From positions 1,288,850-1,352,849 of the forward strand of contig CBDAUJ010000002.1 of assembly GCA_965200545.1 (NCBI GenBank): DNA of 64,000 nucleotides, given 5' to 3'. The notes under the pieces are model-generated. The model had not been told where the DNA came from. It worked only from the letters and a program-made list of their open reading frames with translations, and ran no database searches. Source of the DNA: Arenicellales bacterium (GTDB taxonomy: Bacteria; Pseudomonadota; Gammaproteobacteria; Arenicellales; JAJDZL01). The position numbers were made by a program, and so were the translations under genes. Positions 48,652-57,807 of the stretch are shown here, one piece after another (positions within the stretch are counted from its first letter, which is position 1; the number at the start of each line of letters is the position of its first letter).

Positions 48652-49236
48652 CTAGACACGGTTCGAGCGATGTACTTTCAATTTGCCTGATTCTTCCCAT
48701 TGGTAAAACAGATGCCAAATCGTTCGCAGTGAAATTTTTCTGTCCAGAGACTCATACAGTGCAGCAAATTCTTTCGGTCCGAATTCACTGGATTTTTCAA
48801 CCACTGTCTTCAGTTTTTTCCAAACGGCGTCAGATTCTCTTTTGCTCGGCAGTTTAGGTCGCCCGGACAGAGCTTTACCCAGTCCCAGCTCTCTGCGTTT
48901 GAATGTGTACTGTTTTCCGCCCATCCCGGTCAGTGAGTGAATCATGGGCAAGGGCGCGTCCGCAGCAATCAAATCGTTAACAAACGCATCTCGTTCCTGT
49001 TCCCGCTGGATATAGTCGATCGTTCGCCAGAATGTCTTTGTGTTGAGCTGAATATCCATGAAGTGCGACCGCATTGAACTCATCTGGAGTTTATCGGCGG
49101 AGGATAATTTCGCAACTGCATTGGTCTCCAGTGGTCCAAAGCCCATCTGGCTCAGTGCTGTGTAGTCTCCCTCTTCCCGGCAGCGGTGGCAGTAGACAAT
49201 GATTGCGTGAATGAGTTCTGTTTCTTTCGTGATCAT
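48652..49236 (-). CDS. DUF2857-like island protein (STY4526/YPO1902-like)
   Basis: 194 aa, immediately downstream of the ICE-type parB. Assigned by synteny. Confidence 0.45.
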   Translation of the reverse strand: MITKETELIHAIIVYCHRCREEGDYTALSQMGFGPLETNAVAKLSSADKLQMSSMRSHFMDIQLNTKTFWRTIDYIQREQERDAFVNDLIAADAPLPMIHSLTGMGGKQYTFKRRELGLGKALSGRPKLPSKRESDAVWKKLKTVVEKSSEFGPKEFAALYESLDRKISLRTIWHLFYQWEESGKLKVHRSNRV

Positions 49237-49248
49237 GATTTCGATTAC

Positions 49249-50925
49249 TCAGGAACTGTTTGGTGGCTGAAACAAGTCAAAATTGTGTTTTCTCGATAAG
49301 GCGTGAATCGATCGGTAAGTTCGCATCAACTGCACGAATTCCTGCATAGACTGATCATCCCATAGCCTGACGCTGAAAGTCATCACGCCAAGATGCGGGA
49401 ATACACACTTCATCCTATTTTTCGCGAGCAAATGCAGTGTTTTGGTATTGTTTGACTTGACATATGTCTCAAGCGGCGAGTCGCCGACAATTTTGACGAC
49501 GGTTGTCTTCGCACTCGACACAGCCCACTGCAAGTCCGACAGTTCGGTCAGCAGCCACCACAGTGCATCGCGCATCCCGGCTTGTTTGGTGGTCAGTCCT
49601 GCAATCGAAGTCGGAAAGTCTCGAACCAAAAATCCGATACCCCAGTTACCTGTGTTTATGATCGTGGCTAGCTTCTGATTATCCGTCTTCAGCAGTCGAT
49701 GCCGTTTGGCGAGGTTCCAAGCCAGTCTATAGGCGGTCGTGCGCAGGCTTTTCAGCTGCGCTGCAGCTTCGTCAGGGATTGAGTGCGAGATATTGCCGTC
49801 GAGCTCTGGAATGACCGGCGACTGGTGACATGCATTGTAGCGAGACGAAGTGTCACTCGATTTTGTGATATCTTCAGCCATTTTTTTTGTTCCTCGAGTT
49901 GATTGAGTCAAATTTTCTTCTTGCAAAAAATGGGTGTTTACACTGTAAACACCCATTTTTTGCGTTCCGATCTCAGCATTGTCGGGCCACTGATCGCATG
50001 CCAGTGCAATCGGCGCGACACACAGGTGTTCTGCCGTGTCGCTCAGTGGTGTTGTGGACAGGGTCAAGTAGCTCTCAATCCGCAAATATATGTCTTGGAT
50101 TGAGGCTGACTGCTGTTCAGCAAGAGTCGCTTCGAGCCGACTGCGAAAGTGGTTGAATGACCAAGATGGCTCGTTGTAGTTTCGGAGTGACTCAGCGAAC
50201 ATCTTGTCCCGCTCTGCGGTCGGTATTTGCATTTCATCGCATAGTTTTCTGAAACTGTTGTCCAGTCGCGAGATTCTCTTAATTTGCGGACGTCCCAAAT
50301 ATGCTGCGATGTCCCTACTGATGTGCGGGTCGATTTTCTCATTGGCGTAGGTCATGAAATACAGGTTGCTAAGAGTAATGGCATAGCCTTTATCCCTGAG
50401 CAGCGAAGTGATTTTTCGCAAAGACAGATTTTCATCGCCGGTCTCAAGCTTGATTTGCTTGATAGCAGCGTTGATTCCATAGGCACGATCAAGAAAACAT
50501 AGTGACCCGCGGGATAAGTTTTCCTGAAGATGTCCGACGATGGCATCCGATTCAAGCCCGGTCCACGGCAGCAGCGTGCAAATCACATGCTCATATTTTT
50601 CATCTGCAGTGTCTTCATACAGCTCGCGTATTGCCTTGAGTCGAGCATTTCCGCCTTTGAATATCATGTATTTGGACTCTCCAGATTTGCGTGTTACGAT
50701 CAAGGGATGAAGAATTCCATCCCTAGTGATCGATTGCTTCAGCGCATCAAATTCCGGATGTGCCAATCTGCGGGGATTTTTATCGTACGGTTCGATTTGA
50801 TCGACTCGCAGAGAGACCAGAGACTGCAAATGGTTTCCATTCGCGCAACGAGTTACATCTTGCTCGTTTGTGCTAGCAAACATTCTTGAAAGTGGTTTCG
50901 CAGGTTTGGCTTCTTGGCTTTGCAT
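49249..50925 (-). CDS. parB: ParB-family protein, ICE (PFGI-1) class
   Basis: 558 aa with an N-terminal ParB/Srx fold (VDQIEPYDKNPRR ... HPLIVT ... IFKGGNARLKAIREL) and a long C-terminal extension typical of the ICE class. Confidence 0.75.
   Translation of the reverse strand: MQSQEAKPAKPLSRMFASTNEQDVTRCANGNHLQSLVSLRVDQIEPYDKNPRRLAHPEFDALKQSITRDGILHPLIVTRKSGESKYMIFKGGNARLKAIRELYEDTADEKYEHVICTLLPWTGLESDAIVGHLQENLSRGSLCFLDRAYGINAAIKQIKLETGDENLSLRKITSLLRDKGYAITLSNLYFMTYANEKIDPHISRDIAAYLGRPQIKRISRLDNSFRKLCDEMQIPTAERDKMFAESLRNYNEPSWSFNHFRSRLEATLAEQQSASIQDIYLRIESYLTLSTTPLSDTAEHLCVAPIALACDQWPDNAEIGTQKMGVYSVNTHFLQEENLTQSTRGTKKMAEDITKSSDTSSRYNACHQSPVIPELDGNISHSIPDEAAAQLKSLRTTAYRLAWNLAKRHRLLKTDNQKLATIINTGNWGIGFLVRDFPTSIAGLTTKQAGMRDALWWLLTELSDLQWAVSSAKTTVVKIVGDSPLETYVKSNNTKTLHLLAKNRMKCVFPHLGVMTFSVRLWDDQSMQEFVQLMRTYRSIHALSRKHNFDLFQPPNSS
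49925..49961. repeat. perfect 37-bp palindrome inside parB
   Basis: aaaaaatgggtgtttaca-c-tgtaaacacccatttttt has 18-bp arms around a 1-nt centre. It encodes ...QKMGVYSVNTHFLQ... in ParB. Confidence 0.95.
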
Positions 50926-51156
50926 TGTCTCCTCCGCCGGTGGATCTACAATCGCATTCAGTGATCAGGTCTTGCCGAGTCAGTTAAAAAATATGTACTT
51001 CACGGATGTCTTTGATGAATGCAAAATTTCAGTGCTGTGTGACCGCAATGGAACAAGCAACTGAATCTTGCCTGCCCGAAAAAACTCACGTGACTGGCTT
51101 TGGCAATAGGTCATATCGATTCTGTTAAAATATTTACATCTAATAAATATTAGTTT

Positions 51157-51177
51157 GACTGAGGCTTAATCAGTTGT
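51157..51177 (+). repeat. candidate attR core (21-bp direct repeat)
   Basis: Identical to 14533-14553. It lies 231 bp beyond the parB start. Confidence 0.7.
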
Positions 51178-51484
51178 TTCTAAATTAAGCTCTAAGGTTA
51201 GTTTGTATTAATTGACAGTTTTATTCACATCACTCAGGTGATTCTTGATTCTTTTCAAACGGTCCTTTTTTGGATCGAATGTCAATATTCGAGCGATTAG
51301 GATTGTCATGTCAAATCGGGGCTCGCGCAGATTTGTCAAGGCCATAGGCGGTGCAGTATCGCGAGGTCCTGCAAAGGCGACCTCGCTGTGTCCGGCAAAT
51401 GAAATATTTGCGAAACTGCGGGTTGATTCGTATATAAAGGATTTTTTTCATTTTTCCTGCCATCATTGATGTGAAAAATAAAAC

Positions 51485-52936
51485 ATGATCAAAACCGGGC
51501 AGCAATACAAAGATTCTCTTGACGACGGCCGGGTCGTCTGGATTGACGGTGAGCGCGTGACCAATGTGGCAACGCATCCTGCATTTGAGCCGCTGGTTCG
51601 AGTTCGGGCACGTATCTATGACATGTCGCATGAGCCAAAATATCAGTCTTTGCTCACCTACCGCGATGAGCAGAGTCAAACCAGTGCGACTTTGCTGAAG
51701 ATGCCGATTCAGAAACGTGACTGGAATCTCAAGCGTGAGGGGGTCAATGCCATTCTGAACGATATCGGCGGTGTTGTCACCCGCGTCGGCGATGAGACTG
51801 TTGGTGAAATGTGGTCTTTGTACGACGGCAGCGATGTTCTGGCTGAAATCGATTCGCGATTTGCTGACAACATCAAATTTCACATTGAGCGAGTCATTCG
51901 CGATGACATCTTTCACGTTTCAGCCAATACTGACCCGAAAGGCGATCGTTCCAAAAGACCGCAGGACCAGGACCCCGACATGCTGCTGCATGTCGTCAAG
52001 GAAACGGACGCTGGCATTGTGATTCGAGGCGCCAAATACGAAACGGCATCCGCCTACGCTGAGCAGGCTTTCGTAAAGCCAACTATTGCGAATTGGGGTG
52101 ATCAAGAACTGTCGGATTATGCCGTCGGAGTGATCGCGCCGATGAATGCAGACGGCATCACCCATATTTGCCGTTCAAGTTTTGCAGGTCGCGCTTCACC
52201 TGAGGATTACCCGCTCGCCAATCAATTTGACGAAATCGATTCGCTGATCATTTTCGATAATGTGCTGATACCTTGGGAAAATGTGCTGTTCTATCAGCAT
52301 ACAAAGGCGGCAACTTTCATTCGCGCGACCTTGCACCGATACAGTGCATTCGCGTTTGTACAGCGCATTGAGAAAACCGCCGACATGCTCATCGGCGCGG
52401 CACTGCACAATGTGCGCCAGACTGGTCTGGACAAACAGCAGGCGGTACGGGAGAAAATTGCTCAGCTGGTGTGCTATCGAGAAGGCATCAACGCACATTT
52501 GACTGCCTCTATTGCATCGGCAGTGCGCAGCCCCAAAGGTCTTCTGATGCCGAATCCATCGCTGCTTTACACCGGGCGCGTGCTGGCGTGCTCGCAGCTG
52601 CCGGCAATGACGCACCTTGCGCGGGAATTGTGCGGCGGCCAGATTTGCATTACCCCGGACCGTAGCAGTTTCGAGACGGAAGAAATCAAGCCGTGGCTGG
52701 ACAAATACTACTCTGTCAACGATGAGTGGCAGTCAGAGGATCGACGCAAGCTGCTTGCGTTCGCGCGAGATCTGGTGAATTCCGACTACGCAGGACATAA
52801 GCTGACGTTTCAGCTGTTCGCGCAATCACCGCCCTTCGCCCACCTTAATGCGGTGTTTGCGAGCTATGATTTCACTGATTCGCTCGCGTTTGTAAAGAAA
52901 GCCGCCGGACTGTCGGATCGGATTTCGATTGATTGA
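51485..52936 (+). CDS. HpaB-family (4-hydroxyphenylacetate 3-monooxygenase oxygenase-component-like) flavin-dependent oxygenase
   Basis: 483 aa. The N-terminus TGQQYKDSLDDGRVVWIDGERVTNVATHPAF and the block YPLANQFDEIDSLIIFDNVLIPWENVLFY parallel E. coli HpaB as I recall it. I did not see the paired Cys ligands of 4-hydroxybutyryl-CoA dehydratase. Confidence 0.7.
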   Translation: MIKTGQQYKDSLDDGRVVWIDGERVTNVATHPAFEPLVRVRARIYDMSHEPKYQSLLTYRDEQSQTSATLLKMPIQKRDWNLKREGVNAILNDIGGVVTRVGDETVGEMWSLYDGSDVLAEIDSRFADNIKFHIERVIRDDIFHVSANTDPKGDRSKRPQDQDPDMLLHVVKETDAGIVIRGAKYETASAYAEQAFVKPTIANWGDQELSDYAVGVIAPMNADGITHICRSSFAGRASPEDYPLANQFDEIDSLIIFDNVLIPWENVLFYQHTKAATFIRATLHRYSAFAFVQRIEKTADMLIGAALHNVRQTGLDKQQAVREKIAQLVCYREGINAHLTASIASAVRSPKGLLMPNPSLLYTGRVLACSQLPAMTHLARELCGGQICITPDRSSFETEEIKPWLDKYYSVNDEWQSEDRRKLLAFARDLVNSDYAGHKLTFQLFAQSPPFAHLNAVFASYDFTDSLAFVKKAAGLSDRISID

Positions 52937-53381
52937 CAAAAAACACCGCGCTTACGGACCTATGGCCTCTCAGCATACAAGACTGCGTAAATTCAATACG
53001 AAAGAAACCTACCCTGAACAGCGACTTGACAATGATTTATGTCAAGTTGTTAAAGCCGGCAGCATGATTTTTCTGCGCGGGCAGGTTGGCAGTGATTTCG
53101 ATGGAAAATTGGTCGGCGCAGGCGACCCGGCAGCGCAAACTGACCAAGCGATGAAAAACATCAAGCAACTGCTTGAGGAAGCCGGTTCTGGATTACATGA
53201 GATTTGTAAAATTACGGTATACATTACTGACCGCGCATACCGAGAGCCGGTCTACCAGACAATTGGCGCTTGGCTCAAAGGTGTGTTTCCGGTATCAACA
53301 GGACTGATCGTGCAGGGCTTGGCACGCCCGGAATGGCTGATGGAAATTGATGTCATTGCTGTTTCTGAGACCGCAGAATAA
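52929..53381 (+). CDS. RidA/YjgF-family enamine/imine deaminase
   Basis: About 140-150 aa with typical RidA blocks (IFLRGQVG, QTDQAMKNIKQLLEEAG, ITVYI, EIDVIA). The start is ambiguous (TTG at 52929 or ATG at 52962). Confidence 0.75.
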   Translation: MIDKKHRAYGPMASQHTRLRKFNTKETYPEQRLDNDLCQVVKAGSMIFLRGQVGSDFDGKLVGAGDPAAQTDQAMKNIKQLLEEAGSGLHEICKITVYITDRAYREPVYQTIGAWLKGVFPVSTGLIVQGLARPEWLMEIDVIAVSETAE

Positions 53382-53440
53382 AATCTGCCAGTCTGCCGCT
53401 GATCAATCAGAGAAGAGTTTGGCATTTGAGGAGCAAGCAC

Positions 53441-54844
53441 ATGCTTAAAGAAAAATATGACACACAAGACTTGTGGATCAAAGACCGAGACCACTACATT
53501 CATCCGTGGACAGATTTTTCGGTGTTCCATGAGGAGGGCTCGTTGGTCATCGCTGAAGCGCAGGGACCTTATGTTTATGACAGTGATGGCAGGCGGTATC
53601 TCGACGGCATCGGCGGGCTTTGGTGCGTCAATATTGGCTACGGCCGCGAAGAGATGGCGCAGGCTATTGCAGACCAGGTTCGATCAATTCCGTATTATTC
53701 GTCTTTCAATCACCTGACGACACCGCCGTCCGCCGAGCTGGCAGCCAAGCTGGCTGAACTCGCGCCTGACTATATGAACCATGTGTTCTACGGCTCGGGC
53801 GGCTCAATGGCGAACGATACTGCAGTTCGAATCATTCACTATTACTTCAACCGCATTGGCAAGCCGAAGAAAAAGAAAATTATTTCCAGAGTCGATGCGT
53901 ATCACGGCAGCACCTATCTGGCGATGACTCTCACTGGCGTTCAAAATGATCATGCCGGATTTGATTTGGCGCCGGATCTGGTCAGTTACGTTTCAGCGCC
54001 GAATCCGTATCGCAAGCCTGAGGGCATGACCGATGCTCAGTTCTGTGATTTTTTGGTCGACGAGCTGGAGCAGCATATCGTTGCTCTGGGCCCGGATCAT
54101 GTGGCGGCTTTCTTTGCCGAGCCGATCATGGGTGCGGGCGGTGTGATTGTCCCGCCGCAGGGGTATCACAAAAGAACCCAGGAGGTCTGCACGAAATACG
54201 GTGTGATGTATGTTTCCGATGAGGTCGTTACCGGTTTTGGCCGGATCGGTCACATGTTTTCATCCGGACCAGTTTTTGACCTGACACCCGACGTAATCAC
54301 CGCGGCCAAGGGGATTTCATCCGGCTATCTGCCACTGTCAGCGACGATGCTGTCGGATCGAATCTACGACGTGATTTCGAGACCTACTGAGACAAGTGAC
54401 AGCAGTCTGTTCACGCATGGCTTTACTTACTCGGGCCATCCGGTATGCTGCGCGGCTGCACTGAAGAATATTGAGATCATTGAGCGCGAGCGCATTTGCG
54501 AGCATGTTCTGGAGATTGGCCCTTATTTCGAAAGTCAGCTGAATCAGTTGCGCGACTTGCCGATTGTGGGCGATGTCCGCGGCAAGTGTTTCATGATGTG
54601 TATCGAGAACGTCAAGGATGCGCAAAACAAGGCACTGTTTGACGAGCAAGTCGGGATTGGCGATCGGATTGCCGCCCATTGCCAGGAAATGGGATTGATT
54701 GTACGGCCGATCGGACATCTCAACGTCCTGTCGCCGCCTTTGGTTCTAAACCGCGAGCAGATTGATGAAACTGTGCATGTTCTGCGCTCAGGCATCGAAA
54801 AAACGATGGATGATCTGATACGTGAGGGCTTGTGGAATGGATAG
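53441..54844 (+). CDS. class-III (omega) aminotransferase
   Basis: 467 aa with GSGGSMANDTAVR, DEVVTGFGRIGHMF and a PLP-lysine context ITAAKGISSGY. The ATG at 53441 is preceded by GAGGAG. Confidence 0.85.
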   Translation: MLKEKYDTQDLWIKDRDHYIHPWTDFSVFHEEGSLVIAEAQGPYVYDSDGRRYLDGIGGLWCVNIGYGREEMAQAIADQVRSIPYYSSFNHLTTPPSAELAAKLAELAPDYMNHVFYGSGGSMANDTAVRIIHYYFNRIGKPKKKKIISRVDAYHGSTYLAMTLTGVQNDHAGFDLAPDLVSYVSAPNPYRKPEGMTDAQFCDFLVDELEQHIVALGPDHVAAFFAEPIMGAGGVIVPPQGYHKRTQEVCTKYGVMYVSDEVVTGFGRIGHMFSSGPVFDLTPDVITAAKGISSGYLPLSATMLSDRIYDVISRPTETSDSSLFTHGFTYSGHPVCCAAALKNIEIIERERICEHVLEIGPYFESQLNQLRDLPIVGDVRGKCFMMCIENVKDAQNKALFDEQVGIGDRIAAHCQEMGLIVRPIGHLNVLSPPLVLNREQIDETVHVLRSGIEKTMDDLIREGLWNG

Positions 54845-54902
54845 CTGGGGGTTATTTCATCATCCGGCGATTCAGAATTCTGAAGCTTCCTGAGGCCGAG
54901 CA

Positions 54903-56963
54903 GTGGTGCGCGATTCTCGCTACGATATTTTGTTTGAGCCGGTTCAGATTGGCCCGGTCACCGCAAAAAATAGATTCTACCAGGTGCCTCATTGCTGCGG
55001 CATGGGGCACCTGAAGCCCAACACCGCTGCCGCAATGCGAGGCATCAAAGCTGAAGGGGGATGGGCGGTAGTGTCCACTGAAGAATGCGATGTGCATCAT
55101 ACTTCGGATGTCTCTCCCTTCGTCGAGCATCGGCTATGGAGCGATGAGGATATCCCCATGCATGCAAAAATGGTCGACGCAGTGCATCAGCACGGCGCCC
55201 TCGCGGCCATTGAGCTGGCGCATTCTGGCATTCACTCGCACAATTACTACTCGCGCAGTCGTGCGCTGGCGCCTTCTGCTGGTCCCGCGCCGGATTATTC
55301 TCCGACCTACGCCGCTTCGATGACCAAGCGAGATATCCGGGAGATTCGACGAATCTTCCGAACTGCGGCGAGACGGGCGCGAATCGCCGGGTTCGATATC
55401 GTTTATGTGTATGCCGCCCATATGCTGACGTTGCCGGCGCAGTTTCTGTCCAAACGATTTAATCGTCGAACTGATGAATACGGCGGATCATTGACAAACC
55501 GTGTTCGGCTGCTCAAGGAAATGATCGAGGACGCGAAAGATGAAGTTGGCGATGAGTGTGGCATCGCCTGCCGGCTCATGCTGGACGAGCTTCTTGGCGA
55601 GCACGGTTTGCAGTGCGGCGAGGAAGGCATAGAAATCGTCGGTCTGCTGGCTGAGCTGCCCGACTTGTGGGATGTCAATGTCAGCGACTGGGATAATGAT
55701 TCTGCAACCTCCCGGTTTCAGGATGAAGGATTTCAGGAACAATATATTGCGCAGGTCAAGCAAGTCACGACCAAACCAGTGGTCGGGGTCGGGCGATTCA
55801 CCTCGCCTGATACGATGGTTTCGCAGATTCGCCGCGGTATTGTTGACATGATCGGTGCGGCTCGTCCATCAATCGCGGATCCGTTCCTGCCGCAAAAGAT
55901 CGAGCAGGGAAGAATTGAGGATATTCGTGAATGCATCGGGTGCAATATCTGTGTTTCCGGCGATTACACAATGACACCGATCCGATGCACGCAGAATCCA
56001 ACAATGGGCGAGGAATGGCGCCGCGGCTGGCATCCAGAAATGATTCCGCTGGCAACGTCATCGCAGACTGTCTTGATTGTCGGTGGTGGGCCAGCCGGGT
56101 TGGAGTGTGCCGTAGCGCTGGGACAGCGCGGAGTCGAGGTGACACTGGCTGACGGCCGTGAAACGCTGGGCGGCAGGGTCACGCGAGAAAGCCAGCTGTG
56201 CGGACTTTCTGCCTGGGGGCGTGTGCGGGATTATCGCTTGGGGCAACTGGCGAAACTGACGAATGTGGCGCTGTACCCGGCAAGTCGCATGACCGCCGCA
56301 GACATCGTCAAATTTAGCGCTGACAATGTTGTGCTGGCAACAGGCTCAACGTGGCGAAGAGACGGTGTGGGTGCAGAGCGCTGTGCGCCTTTGCCCGGCA
56401 GCGATTGCAAAAACGTGTACACACCCGACGATGTAATGGACGGAGTTGCGCTTGCAGGCACTGTGCTGGTCTATGACGATGAGCACTTTTATATGGGGGG
56501 CGTTATCGCTGAGCATTTGGCCGTGAGCGGCGCCCAGGTCATTTTGGTGACACCTGCGCAGAGTGTATCGTACTGGACACAGTACACCCTTGAGCAGCGT
56601 TTTGTTTGCCAGCGCCTGCTGCAAGCGGGTGTTGAGGTGCATGTCAATACGCAAATGCTTTCAATTGAACCGGACCACGTAACTGTGCAAAACGCTTTCG
56701 CACCGACGCTTGAAACCATTCGATGTGATGCTGTTGTTCTGACTACAGGTCTTCAGTCCAGCGACAGCCTGATGACCGAGCTGGCCGAACAGGATGGCGG
56801 CGGCAGCATGTCAGTCGAGTGCATTGGTGATTGCAGTGTGCCTGGCACCATCGCGGCGGCAGTGTACTCAGGCCATGCATTTGCCCGCCGGTTCGGTGAC
56901 GGGGAAGAGGCCAGCGACTTGCCTTTTCGAATGGAGCGAGCGGTATTATCCAGTCCGAAATGA
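54903..56963 (+). CDS. trimethylamine/dimethylamine/histamine-dehydrogenase-family amine dehydrogenase (FMN + 4Fe-4S + ADP-binding domain)
   Basis: 686 aa, collinear with Methylophilus TMADH as I recall it. Matching blocks are DILFEPVQIGP..KNRFYQVPHC (the Cys that carries 6-S-cysteinyl FMN), ARPSIADPFLPQKIEQGR, CIGCNICV...C and VLIVGGGPAGLE. GTG start. Confidence 0.8.
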   Translation: MVRDSRYDILFEPVQIGPVTAKNRFYQVPHCCGMGHLKPNTAAAMRGIKAEGGWAVVSTEECDVHHTSDVSPFVEHRLWSDEDIPMHAKMVDAVHQHGALAAIELAHSGIHSHNYYSRSRALAPSAGPAPDYSPTYAASMTKRDIREIRRIFRTAARRARIAGFDIVYVYAAHMLTLPAQFLSKRFNRRTDEYGGSLTNRVRLLKEMIEDAKDEVGDECGIACRLMLDELLGEHGLQCGEEGIEIVGLLAELPDLWDVNVSDWDNDSATSRFQDEGFQEQYIAQVKQVTTKPVVGVGRFTSPDTMVSQIRRGIVDMIGAARPSIADPFLPQKIEQGRIEDIRECIGCNICVSGDYTMTPIRCTQNPTMGEEWRRGWHPEMIPLATSSQTVLIVGGGPAGLECAVALGQRGVEVTLADGRETLGGRVTRESQLCGLSAWGRVRDYRLGQLAKLTNVALYPASRMTAADIVKFSADNVVLATGSTWRRDGVGAERCAPLPGSDCKNVYTPDDVMDGVALAGTVLVYDDEHFYMGGVIAEHLAVSGAQVILVTPAQSVSYWTQYTLEQRFVCQRLLQAGVEVHVNTQMLSIEPDHVTVQNAFAPTLETIRCDAVVLTTGLQSSDSLMTELAEQDGGGSMSVECIGDCSVPGTIAAAVYSGHAFARRFGDGEEASDLPFRMERAVLSSPK

Positions 56964-57064
56964 TTAAAGTGGCGGCAGCAGCTCGATTTGATAGTTAGCC
57001 CGTTTTCAGGTGGAGAAACGGTATAATTGCGAAGGATATAATTCCCTGTATTCGGAGAAATGCA

Positions 57065-57807
57065 ATGAAACGATTATTGAAAATCCCCCCCCTCAATAAA
57101 TTAGCAACACTCACTGCCGCGCTGGTGGCCCTGACAACGATCCCGCCCGCGTGGGCACAGATCCTGCCGGAAATCAGCATGCGGCTTAGCATGGGAGAGC
57201 AACGCATTAGCGAATGCCCTAGTGCAGCCCTGTGACAGCAGAAACAATGGCATGCCGGTCGAGATCCAGGCCAGCAGCAGTGCCAATGGCGTGACAGTCA
57301 ATACCATGGCCTTCACCGCTTCCGGCCACGATCGGTTCTTCGACTTAAACGTGCCGACCTATATCAGTCCCATCAACCGGGGATCGGTTGTCTTTCGCAG
57401 TCGGGAGTACAGCGACCTATACGGGCAATTCAACGGGATGGCATAGACTGGCGGCATTCAGCAACGGTGCGGGAAGCCCCTGCTTTCCGGACGACCGTCT
57501 GATCACCGGGGAAAGCACGGTCGTCGTCATCCTGATGCCCGGCACTGGCTACACGGTCAATCCGAACATGCGGCAGGTCGAGTTCACGATCAGTGATGAT
57601 GGCAACGATATTTGCAACTTCCAGGAAGGATTAAGGATGAATGGCGGTTTTGTCTACAAGGCGATCAACGGCGACATCGGTAACACGTGTGTGTGCCAGG
57701 CCGAAAAACCGGTTTGGGCCGGCCGTATCGTCAATGGTGTTCAGTTCGGGCTGACGGACTCCACGAACTACTGCCCTGACTCACCCTACAAGGGGCCGGG
57801 AGGCTGA
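57065..57807 (+). pseudogene. frameshifted gene for a secreted, Cys-containing protein
   Basis: Three consecutive ORF pieces lie in frames shifted +1 each: 57065-57235 (with signal peptide MKRLLKIPPLNKLATLTAALVALTTIPPAWA), 57222-57446 and 57388-57807. TATAAT boxes sit at 57022 and 57037, and GGAGA precedes the ATG. Confidence 0.6.

Larger units (their letters stand above)
14533..51177 (-). mobile_element. ICE-like genomic island (PFGI-1/ICEclc/SPI-7-type backbone), 36.6 kb
   Basis: Bounded by the perfect 21-bp direct repeat gactgaggcttaatcagttgt. Recombinases sit at one end and the ParB module at the other, with the conjugative pore and type IVb pilus operons between them. Confidence 0.75.

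Noticed and set aside
51311-51916. A 201-aa minus-strand ORF overlapping the start of the HpaB-like gene, and the 74-aa ORF at 51245-51469.
   Set aside because: The first is antisense to a strongly supported gene and neither has motifs. The region 51178-51484 is better treated as the promoter/leader of the cluster. It contains an 8-bp-stem hairpin gcgaggtc...gacctcgc of unknown meaning.
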